Part shown: positions 44,802 to 52,077 of the stretch, one piece after another
Layout: each line of letters opens with the position of its first letter
Numbering within the stretch: position 1 is the first letter of the stretch
Virus record (IMG/VR): IMGVR_UViG_3300045988_154892
Origin: a virus
Reading direction: 5' to 3' (one strand)
DNA length: 64,000 nt
Position numbers and translations under genes: made by a program
The notes under the pieces: model-generated
Database searches by the model: none
What the model saw: only the letters and a program-made list of their open reading frames with translations
Told to the model about the DNA's origin: nothing

Positions 44802-45357
44802 ACCAGATATTAAAACGATCTATATTGACTTCGATAATACGCTAGTGGACACGATCAAAACGATTGTGTCCCTATACAACGAAGACTTTGAATATTATAA
44901 GAAATTCCATCATGTTAATTGGTGGGAGATTGATTCATATGATTTTAAGGAATTAACCTGTACATCTAAGGAATACATTAATACATACTTTAACACACCA
45001 CGATTCTTTTATGAACTGGAATTTATGCCAGATGCACATGAAATTATTGATGAACTTGGAAAAGTATATCAGGTAAAAATTGTTAGCATGGGTTATTCTC
45101 CAAACTTAAAACAAAAAGAACAGTGGATTAATCAGTATCTTTTCTATCCAGAATTTATTGGTGTAAATATGAAAAAATACAAAGATAAATCACATATAGA
45201 TATGAGCGATGGCATTCTTATTGATGATTCGGTACATATGTTAGAAACAAGTAATGCTCAAGAAAAATATTGTTTTGGGGATATTTATAGTTGGAATAAA
45301 GATTGGGCTGGAAAGAGGTTAATGAATTGGACGGATATTGCACATTTACTATTATGA
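44794..45357 (+). CDS. HAD-family 5'(3')-deoxyribonucleotidase
   Basis: HAD motif I IYIDFDNTLVD, late LIDD motif. Lies in the nucleotide-metabolism block. Confidence 0.6.
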   Translation: MYRPDIKTIYIDFDNTLVDTIKTIVSLYNEDFEYYKKFHHVNWWEIDSYDFKELTCTSKEYINTYFNTPRFFYELEFMPDAHEIIDELGKVYQVKIVSMGYSPNLKQKEQWINQYLFYPEFIGVNMKKYKDKSHIDMSDGILIDDSVHMLETSNAQEKYCFGDIYSWNKDWAGKRLMNWTDIAHLLL

Positions 45358-45375
45358 AAGGAAGAAAATTAGACA

Positions 45376-45573
45376 TTGTATATTGGAACAAGCGGCGAGC
45401 TATGCCGTACACTAAAACAAATGGGAGATGATTTTATTACTGTAGAAATCGAAGGACAAGACAGAGAATATATCATTGAAGCTGTAACAAGACAATCAAA
45501 TTACAGTGAATCGCCTTGTAGCCATATCTGTATTAAATGCAGAGATGGTGGTCAAGGATATATCAAAAGGTAG
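45376..45573 (+). CDS. hypothetical protein
   Basis: ORF track. TTG start. Confidence 0.45.
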   Translation: MYIGTSGELCRTLKQMGDDFITVEIEGQDREYIIEAVTRQSNYSESPCSHICIKCRDGGQGYIKR

Positions 45574-45586
45574 GAGGTAACTAATA

Positions 45587-45757
45587 ATGAGTGTACTTTA
45601 TGTGGTACTTGGAGCAGTTCTTGGGATTGGGTTTTGCACAACTGTAATGTCGTTGTGTAAAATTTCCAAGAGTGCTGATGAAGAATTGGAGCAAATGAAT
45701 AACTGCTGCAATTACACTTGGAAGAAAGAAGAAATTCATGAGGAGGTGGAGAAATGA
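45587..45757 (+). CDS. small TM protein (56 aa)
   Basis: ATG 45587 lies 9 nt after AGGAGG (MSVLYVVLGAVLGIGFCTTVMSL...). The stop overlaps the nrdD ATG (ATGA). Below the track cutoff. Confidence 0.5.
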   Translation: MSVLYVVLGAVLGIGFCTTVMSLCKISKSADEELEQMNNCCNYTWKKEEIHEEVEK

Positions 45758-47916
45758 GAGTAGTAAAGAAAGATGGAACAATTGAAGAATATCAAGAGCA
45801 AAAAATCATTGATGCTTGCAATAAAGCTGCAAGAAGAGCAATGGTTGAACTAAGTAATCAAGACTATGAAAAAATCCTGAATGATGTTTGGGAAGAAATC
45901 GAAGAAAACTACGATGATGATACAAGCATCGAAATTTATGATATGCATAATATCGTCGAAGCTGTATTGGAAGAAGACTACCCAAAAGTAGCCAAAATGT
46001 ATAAAGAATATCGGAATTACAAAAAAGATTTTGTACATATGATGGATAAAGTATATGAGCGTAGCCAGTCCATCCGCTACATCGGAGACAAGAGCAATGC
46101 CAACACAGACAGCGCCCTTGTTGCAACGAAGCGAAGCCTGATTTTCAACGAGCTGAATAGTGAATTATATAAAAAATTCTTTTTAACATATGCAGAAAAA
46201 CAAGCAGCAAAAGATGGATATATTTATATCCATGATAGGTCTGCTCGACTCGATACGATTAATTGTTGCCTTTTTAACGTAGGGGATGTTATGAAAAACG
46301 GTTTTGAAATGGGTAACATTTGGTATAATGAGCCAAACTATTTGGATACGGCTTTTGATGTTATGGGAGATATTATTTTATCAACAGCAGCGCAACAATA
46401 TGGTGGTTTTACCGTTCCAGAAGCAGATAAGATTCTTGAACCATATGCAGAAAAATCATATAGAAAATATTTTGATGAATTTAAAGACATATCTTTTTGT
46501 GTAGATTCAGAATTCGATAATGATTTACTCAATGATATAGCAGATAAATATGCAACCAATAAAGTACATCGTGACTTTGAACAAGGTTGGCAAGGAATTG
46601 AATATAAATTGAACTCGGTTTCTTCGAGTCGAGGGGATTATCCATTCGTTACGATAACTATTGGTCTTGCTACGTCTAAATTCGGCAAAATGGCTGCAAT
46701 TACGCTTCTTAATGTACATAAGGACGGACAGGGTAAAAAAGGATTTAAACGTCCTGTATTGTTCCCTAAAATCGTATTTCTATATGACAAAGAATTGCAT
46801 GGTGATGGATCGGATAAATATCCGAGTGCAGATGTGTTTAATGCAGGAATTGATTGCAGCGCAAAAACTATGTATCCGGATTGGTTATCTTTAACTGGCG
46901 ATGGATATGTAGCAGAAATGTATAAAAAATATAAAAAAGTGGTTAGTCCTATGGGGTGTAGGGCTTTTCTTAGTCCATGGTATGAACGTGGTGGTATGCA
47001 TCCAGCAGATGAAAATGATACACCAATTTTTAAAGGAAGATTTAATCTTGGGGTTGTTTCCTTGCATCTTCCAATGATTCTTGCAAAAGCTCGTAGAGAG
47101 TCAAAAGATTTTTATGAAGTATTAGATTACTATCTTGAACTTGTTCGTGGATTACATAAAAGAACCTATGATTACATTGGAGAGCTTCATGCCAGTGTTA
47201 ATCCGGTTGCTTTCTGTGAAGGTGGTTTTTTAGGTGGACATCTAAATCCAGATGATAAAATTAAATCTATTCTTCCTCCAATGACAATGAGTTATGGTAT
47301 CACTGCACTGAATGAACTTCAGAGGCTTTATAATGGAAAATCTATTAGAGAAGATGGGCAATTTGCCTTAGAGGTCATGCAGTATATCAATGATTACACA
47401 AACAGAATCAAGGAAGAAGACCATATTTTATATGCAATTTACGGTACGCCCGCAGAGTCACTTTGTGGTTTGCAGGTAGAGCAATTCCGTAAAATTTATG
47501 GGATTATTGAAAACGTATCCGACAAAGAATATGTAAGCAATAGTTTCCATTGCCATGTATCAGAAGATATGAATCCGATTGAAAAACAAGATAAGGAAGG
47601 AAGATTCTGGAATCTGTTTAACGGTGGGAAAATTCAATACTGTAGATATAATCTTGGCTATAACAAACAGGCAATTAAAACACTTGTACTTAGAGCAATG
47701 GATAAAGGGTTCTATGAAGGTGTAAATCTTGCAATGTGTTATTGTGAAGATTGTGGATACCAGCAAGTAGAAATGGATACTTGTCCAAAATGTGGAAGTA
47801 AAATGATTACAAAGATCGACAGAATGAACGGGTACTTAGGATTTACAAGAGTTCACGGTCAAACTCGCTATAACGAAGCAAAGAATGCAGAAATCAAGGA
47901 CAGGGTAAGCATGTAA
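45754..47916 (+). CDS. nrdD: anaerobic ribonucleoside-triphosphate reductase
   Basis: N-terminal ATP-cone VVKKDGTIEEY. C-terminal Zn site CEDCGY...CPKCGS and glycyl-radical motif RMNGYLG. Confidence 0.9.
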   Translation: MRVVKKDGTIEEYQEQKIIDACNKAARRAMVELSNQDYEKILNDVWEEIEENYDDDTSIEIYDMHNIVEAVLEEDYPKVAKMYKEYRNYKKDFVHMMDKVYERSQSIRYIGDKSNANTDSALVATKRSLIFNELNSELYKKFFLTYAEKQAAKDGYIYIHDRSARLDTINCCLFNVGDVMKNGFEMGNIWYNEPNYLDTAFDVMGDIILSTAAQQYGGFTVPEADKILEPYAEKSYRKYFDEFKDISFCVDSEFDNDLLNDIADKYATNKVHRDFEQGWQGIEYKLNSVSSSRGDYPFVTITIGLATSKFGKMAAITLLNVHKDGQGKKGFKRPVLFPKIVFLYDKELHGDGSDKYPSADVFNAGIDCSAKTMYPDWLSLTGDGYVAEMYKKYKKVVSPMGCRAFLSPWYERGGMHPADENDTPIFKGRFNLGVVSLHLPMILAKARRESKDFYEVLDYYLELVRGLHKRTYDYIGELHASVNPVAFCEGGFLGGHLNPDDKIKSILPPMTMSYGITALNELQRLYNGKSIREDGQFALEVMQYINDYTNRIKEEDHILYAIYGTPAESLCGLQVEQFRKIYGIIENVSDKEYVSNSFHCHVSEDMNPIEKQDKEGRFWNLFNGGKIQYCRYNLGYNKQAIKTLVLRAMDKGFYEGVNLAMCYCEDCGYQQVEMDTCPKCGSKMITKIDRMNGYLGFTRVHGQTRYNEAKNAEIKDRVSM

Positions 47917-47932
47917 TCATTAAATATTATAT

Positions 47933-47957
47933 GGGCTGGATGTATTATTTCCAGCCC
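47933..47957 (+). terminator. hairpin after nrdD (terminator candidate)
   Basis: GGGCTGGA pairs with TCCAGCCC across a 9-nt loop. Weak T-tail. Confidence 0.35.
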
Positions 47958-47970
47958 TGTTAGGAGAAAT

Positions 47971-48522
47971 ATGAATTATCACAATATTACATATCCAGAC
48001 CAAAATAATGGAGACGGACTAAGAGTTGTTGTGTGGGTGTCTGGATGTAGCCATCATTGTTCAGAATGCCAAAATCCTCAAACCTGGAATCCACACGGTG
48101 GCATTGAATTTAATAATGATGCAGAACAAGAAGTTATGGATCAAATATCAAAAGACTATATTAGTGGCATTACTTGGAGTGGTGGAGATCCAATGTTTGA
48201 ATCTAATATTGAAACTGTATTAGATATTACACAAAAAATCAAAAAACAATATCCGAATAAAACGATATGGTTATACACAGGCTACAAATTTGAACAATTA
48301 ATCTGGCCTGTTATAACTGGTGATTTTAATCCAGAAAGAGATAAACGTCTGAAACAAACAAGAAAACTAATCTCTTTATGTGATGTCATTGTTGACGGTC
48401 GGTATAAAAAAGAACTACGTGATGTCTCTTTACATTGGTGTGGGTCATCCAATCAACGAGTAATTGATGTGCAAAAAACTCTTGCTCAAAATAAAATTAT
48501 TTTATACGAGGATAACAAATGA
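47971..48522 (+). CDS. nrdG: anaerobic RNR activating enzyme (radical SAM)
   Basis: CSHHCSECQN is the CxxxCxxC cluster. GGDP motif. Confidence 0.85.
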   Translation: MNYHNITYPDQNNGDGLRVVVWVSGCSHHCSECQNPQTWNPHGGIEFNNDAEQEVMDQISKDYISGITWSGGDPMFESNIETVLDITQKIKKQYPNKTIWLYTGYKFEQLIWPVITGDFNPERDKRLKQTRKLISLCDVIVDGRYKKELRDVSLHWCGSSNQRVIDVQKTLAQNKIILYEDNK

Positions 48523-48797
48523 CACAACAACTACATAAAAATGACATTTTATACTACGCCAGAATTATGCCAACATTGGGCTTATACGATGTATACGAGC
48601 TTAAAATTCGTACTATTAATGAAGAAAACAGATGGTTCTGTGGCATGGAAAAACGTACTAAAATAGCATATCTTTTCAGCTATGATAATATTGGCAAGAC
48701 GATTTTCTTTGATCGAAAAGAAGCTCTTAAAGCAGTTAAACAAGCTGAAAAGAATAAAATCCCAGTTAGCAGCGAAACACTATACGAAGAATACTAG
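48519..48797 (+). CDS. hypothetical protein
   Basis: ORF track. 4-nt overlap with nrdG. Confidence 0.5.
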   Translation: MTQQLHKNDILYYARIMPTLGLYDVYELKIRTINEENRWFCGMEKRTKIAYLFSYDNIGKTIFFDRKEALKAVKQAEKNKIPVSSETLYEEY

Positions 48798-48823
48798 GAG
48801 GTGATATTACGCCAAGTCCACTA

Positions 48824-49507
48824 ATGAAATATAAAGGAACATATCGTCTAATGGCTAATCTGGATCATGATACAAATGATTTTCCACGAGACGATAAAGG
48901 AAATCTTGATACAGATGATATCTATATCAAGTGTCAATATGGCAATCAAATATATTACTATGGCAGAAATGATCTTGTAGCTTACGTTCCATCAATTGGA
49001 AGAGGTCATAACATTCTCAGAACAATTGCGTTAGATAAACTTCAAATTGAAGATAAAATCCCATACGAAGAACTTTATCCTCAACTATTGTTCGAAGGAA
49101 CAGTAAAACATATCATGGAAAATGATGCAGAAATTGAATTTCATTTTCATCCAAAAGACCTTTCTTATATTGCAACACTTCTTAAAGCATCTACACATGG
49201 AGCAGATATTTCACCATTCTCAACCCGAAATCTTCCAAAGCAAAAATATGAAATACCAGAATCTGATCTTAATCAGTACAAACAGGTTGTAAAGGATGTG
49301 CCAAAAGATAAATTTCTTATCATATCTCGTGCTACATCTAATTATATCTTTGAGCGTATGCAGAAAATGAAACAATACAAATCTGAACCAATTAAAAAAC
49401 TGATGCGTAAAAAGATGCTCAAAGGTAAGGAATTTATCCATTCTGAGAAACAATTTGATGATTTTCTCAAATATCTAAGCAAGGAGGTATCTGTATGCTT
49501 GACTTAA
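48824..49507 (+). CDS. hypothetical protein
   Basis: ORF track. AGGAGGTG lies 20 nt upstream, so the true start is uncertain. Confidence 0.5.
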   Translation: MKYKGTYRLMANLDHDTNDFPRDDKGNLDTDDIYIKCQYGNQIYYYGRNDLVAYVPSIGRGHNILRTIALDKLQIEDKIPYEELYPQLLFEGTVKHIMENDAEIEFHFHPKDLSYIATLLKASTHGADISPFSTRNLPKQKYEIPESDLNQYKQVVKDVPKDKFLIISRATSNYIFERMQKMKQYKSEPIKKLMRKKMLKGKEFIHSEKQFDDFLKYLSKEVSVCLT

Positions 49508-50250
49508 ACAATTATGAACTAGTAACAGATCTCTCAAATAATAAGCTCAGAAAGAATGGATTCACCTTTGGTTGTTATCGAATGAGTGTATATAAAGATA
49601 CGATTGAGTTTCGTCTATATATTGATATTGAGGAACAGGACGTATTCTATCAAGTGTTCGACTCAGATCATAATCAGCTCTATATTCCTTATTACAACAG
49701 AAAATATGGTAATAACAAGATTGTAAAAGAGATTGATAGAAAAATTAATCGTATCATAAAAACTATGATGAACCAAAAAATCCTAAAGAAAACAAAAGAA
49801 GAGGAGAAAAATACTATGGATACAGAAACAATTAAAATTAAATACTTTGCAGATATCGAACCAATCGCACCTATTCAAAATGGTGATTGGATTGACCTAA
49901 GAGCTGCAGAAGACGTACATCTCAAAAAAGGTGAATTTAGACTTATTTCTCTTGGCGTTGGAATGAAACTTCCTGATGGATATGAAGCGCACATTGCACC
50001 TAGAAGCAGTACATATAAGAATTTTAAGATTATGCAATGTAACTCGATTGGGATCGTTGATAACTCTTACAGTGGGCCACAGGACTGTTGGAAATATCCA
50101 GCAATTGCTATGGAAGATACAGTTATCCATAAAAACGATCGTATCTGTCAGTTCCGTATCATGAAGAAACAGCCAGAAATTCATTTCGAAACTGTTAAAG
50201 AGCTAAGTGGCAAAAGTCGTGGTGGTTTTGGAAGTACAGGTAAAAACTAA
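49495..50250 (+). CDS. dut: dUTPase with ~105-aa N-terminal extension (internal start possible at 49816)
   Basis: The C-terminal 145 aa carry trimeric dUTPase motifs (DLRA, PRSS, GIVDNSYSG, RGGFGSTG). An in-frame ATG at 49816 is preceded by GAGGAG. Confidence 0.8.
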   Translation: MLDLNNYELVTDLSNNKLRKNGFTFGCYRMSVYKDTIEFRLYIDIEEQDVFYQVFDSDHNQLYIPYYNRKYGNNKIVKEIDRKINRIIKTMMNQKILKKTKEEEKNTMDTETIKIKYFADIEPIAPIQNGDWIDLRAAEDVHLKKGEFRLISLGVGMKLPDGYEAHIAPRSSTYKNFKIMQCNSIGIVDNSYSGPQDCWKYPAIAMEDTVIHKNDRICQFRIMKKQPEIHFETVKELSGKSRGGFGSTGKN

Positions 50251-50251
50251 T

Positions 50252-50452
50252 ATGGACGACGATCTGCAATACAGAGAAGAAAATTGGGCATGGGATGCTC
50301 AATGTGCAGCGGTGGATGAGAGAATATTAACTTGTCCACGCTGCGGATCAATTATGCTTCCTCAGTTCCAAAGATATGAATATATGGGAGCTGGATGGGA
50401 AGAATGGTATGAATGTACCAATGGCACATGTGGCTATTGTTGCAAAATATAA
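50252..50452 (+). CDS. small Zn-ribbon protein
   Basis: Same frame as track ORF 50207..50452, using ATG 50252. CPRCGS...CTNGTCGYCC. Confidence 0.5.
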   Translation: MDDDLQYREENWAWDAQCAAVDERILTCPRCGSIMLPQFQRYEYMGAGWEEWYECTNGTCGYCCKI

Positions 50453-50475
50453 ATTATGCAAAGGAGAACAAAACA

Positions 50476-50715
50476 ATGAAACTACAAAAACAAATCATTC
50501 TTGACAACGTTGATAAAGTAAAAGCGTTTGTTATGACAGTCAGCAAATATCCTGGGGATGCAACACTTACATCTGGAAGATATGTTGTTGATGCAAAATC
50601 CATTATGGGTATCTTCAGCCTTGCTCTAAATCAGCCAATTGATTTTACCTATGAAGGTGAACTAGCAGCAGAGCTTGCGAAAGAAGTCCAAGTATACGAA
50701 AGTCAGGAGGTATAA
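50476..50715 (+). CDS. HPr/Crh-like small protein lacking His15 (second copy)
   Basis: VDAKSIMGIFSLAL matches the HPr Ser46 region. No His at the phosphocarrier position. ATG 50476 follows AAGGAGAA. Confidence 0.55.
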   Translation: MKLQKQIILDNVDKVKAFVMTVSKYPGDATLTSGRYVVDAKSIMGIFSLALNQPIDFTYEGELAAELAKEVQVYESQEV

Positions 50716-50719
50716 ACCA

Positions 50720-51340
50720 TTGAATAATTTTAAGAAAAAACTAACAACTACTGTAACTCTACTAACCGTATTACTCACTCCAACACTGGCTAATGCAGAG
50801 ACTAAATATGTCGAACCTAGCATCGGTCTTAATTATCGAACAGGTGATTCTGTTAAGTCTCAGAAGATTGGTGCTCTTCCATATGGAGCATCAGTAGAGG
50901 TGCTTGACATCACAGAGAGCAACTGGGCAAAAGTACAGATTGGCGATAATGTATTCTATATGTCAAATGAATATCTTTCTGATACCCCACTTATCGCAGA
51001 GCCTATTCAACAGGCTGAACCAATTGAGACGGAATCCGTAGAGACAACTTCTTATTCCTGCTACAGTCTTGGTACATATCGAATCACTCATTACTGCGGA
51101 TGTGCAAACTGCAATGGTTCCTGGGCTGGCAGTCCAACGGCATCTGGTGCATATCCTGTAGCTGGCAGAACAGTTGCCATGGCTGATTTACCGTTTGGAA
51201 CTGAAGTAGAAATTAACGGTCAGATCTACACTGTAGAAGATCGTGGAGTGCCGAGTGGATGCGTTGATATTTATGTCGACAACCATTCTGAAGCTCTTAA
51301 TGCAGGTATGTATTATGCAGAAGTTAGAGTAGTGGGATAG
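50720..51340 (+). CDS. secreted SH3 + 3D-domain cell-wall protein
   Basis: TTG 50720 lies 9 nt after AGGAGG. Signal peptide ...TVLLTPTLANA. 3D-domain signature YRITHYCGC..CNG...TASG...VA.......G..V...G..YTVEDRG...DIY. Confidence 0.7.
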   Translation: MNNFKKKLTTTVTLLTVLLTPTLANAETKYVEPSIGLNYRTGDSVKSQKIGALPYGASVEVLDITESNWAKVQIGDNVFYMSNEYLSDTPLIAEPIQQAEPIETESVETTSYSCYSLGTYRITHYCGCANCNGSWAGSPTASGAYPVAGRTVAMADLPFGTEVEINGQIYTVEDRGVPSGCVDIYVDNHSEALNAGMYYAEVRVVG

Positions 51341-51369
51341 TTGACATGGAGAAAATCTGAGGTTATAAT
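51341..51369 (+). promoter_or_regulatory. perfect sigma70/sigmaA consensus promoter
   Basis: TTGACA (51341-46), 17-nt spacer, TATAAT (51364-69). Begins directly after the stop codon at 51338-40. Confidence 0.7.
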
Positions 51370-51385
51370 ATCCCCAACAAGGTTT
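51355..51385 (-). repeat. copy 1 (inverted) of the TTGGGGAT-core repeat
   Basis: The minus strand reads TTGTTGGGGATATTATAACCTCAGAT. Core ATCCCCAA at 51370-77. Overlaps the -10 box. Confidence 0.55.
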
Positions 51386-51571
51386 TCTCTATGTCCCAGG
51401 GCAATCCAGTTGATCCTCAAAAGGGCAAAGTCACTGATCCCCTAGCCGTTCGCTAACAGATCACCAACCGCCCCTTTTCCGGATCATCAGCCCGGACACA
51501 AGCCCAACCATCTATAAAATCAAAATGAAGACCTTGTAACCATGAAAAATGTGGTTATGAGGTCTTTTTTT
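51376..51571 (+). ncRNA. orphan ~195-nt transcription unit (sRNA or leader; contains a 21-codon sORF 51391..51456)
   Basis: Bounded by the consensus promoter and a strong terminator. The interior is visibly GC-richer than its flanks. No SD precedes ATG 51391. Confidence 0.5.
51529..51571. terminator. strong, probably bidirectional, rho-independent terminator
   Basis: AGACCTTGTAACCA (51529-42) pairs with TGGTTATGAGGTCT (51552-65): 14 bp including 2 G:U, 9-nt loop, then T7. The reverse complement is followed by CATTTTGATTTT. Confidence 0.75.
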
Positions 51572-51614
51572 ATATTAATAGCAAATTATGCACAGATAAA
51601 AAGGCTTAAATACT

Positions 51615-51645
51615 GGGTTTTGGGGATGTGCAATTTTGAAATTTC
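51615..51645 (+). repeat. copy 2 of the TTGGGGAT-core repeat
   Basis: TTTTGGGGATGTGCAATT at 51618-35, which is 17/18 identical to copy 3. Core at 51620-27. Confidence 0.65.
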
Positions 51646-51707
51646 CCGATGAAACTGGGATTTCATCTGCTTTTATCTATCCCATATCCATTTCTCACCT
51701 GCCCTCT

Positions 51708-51848
51708 TCAAACATAGACTAAACCTTCCAGTCGGAAAAGTTTATACGAAATATATGTCAAAATATCTATTAAATATTCTATAGTCATATCAGCGGCAGA
51801 ACCAACAGTTTTGCCCTTTTTAGGCTCAAGGAGGTTGCCTTGAAACAT
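51708..51848 (-). CDS. 46-codon sORF whose 5' end is homologous to sORF 51391
   Basis: Minus-strand ATG at 51848: MFQGNLLEPKKGKTVGSAADMTIEYLIDILTYISYKLFRLEGLVYV*. The first ~16 codons align with MSQGNPVDPQKGKVTD, with synonymous differences. Confidence 0.3.
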   Translation of the reverse strand: MFQGNLLEPKKGKTVGSAADMTIEYLIDILTYISYKLFRLEGLVYV

Positions 51849-51864
51849 AGTATATTTTTTACTC

Positions 51865-51895
51865 TATTTTTGGGGATGTGTAATTATAGATATTA
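51865..51895 (+). repeat. copy 3 of the TTGGGGAT-core repeat (candidate tnsA-proximal transposon terminus)
   Basis: TTTTGGGGATGTGTAATT at 51868-85, core at 51870-77. The reverse complement contains TATAAT. Confidence 0.6.
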
Positions 51896-51945
51896 AAAAG
51901 TCTGGGAACCCGCATAAACACTGGATTCTTGATTTCCCAGATTTT

Positions 51946-52044
51946 CCCAAAAACAACAGGATTTGGGTACTTATTCTTACACACGCCCAAAAACAAGCAT
52001 TTTTGGGTACTTTTCGAAACACACATAATTCATTTTTGGGTAAC
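51946..52044 (+). repeat. three direct TnsB-binding-site-like repeats upstream of tnsA
   Basis: CCCAAAAACAACAGGATTTGGGTAC (51946-70), CCCAAAAACAAGCATTTTTGGGTAC (51986-52010), CATAATTCATTTTTGGGTAAC (52024-44). TTTGGGTA starts at 51962, 52002 and 52035. Confidence 0.55.
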
Positions 52045-52077
52045 TTTTTCGACACATAAAATCAAAGGAGGTACACT

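Noticed and set aside
51376-51571. Possibility that the orphan RNA is a known housekeeping RNA used as a Tn7-family att site (SRP/4.5S RNA, tmRNA, tRNA, 6S).
   Set aside because: I could find no SRP domain-IV motif, no tRNA-like T-arm/acceptor end and no cloverleaf. Identity remains open pending covariance-model searches.
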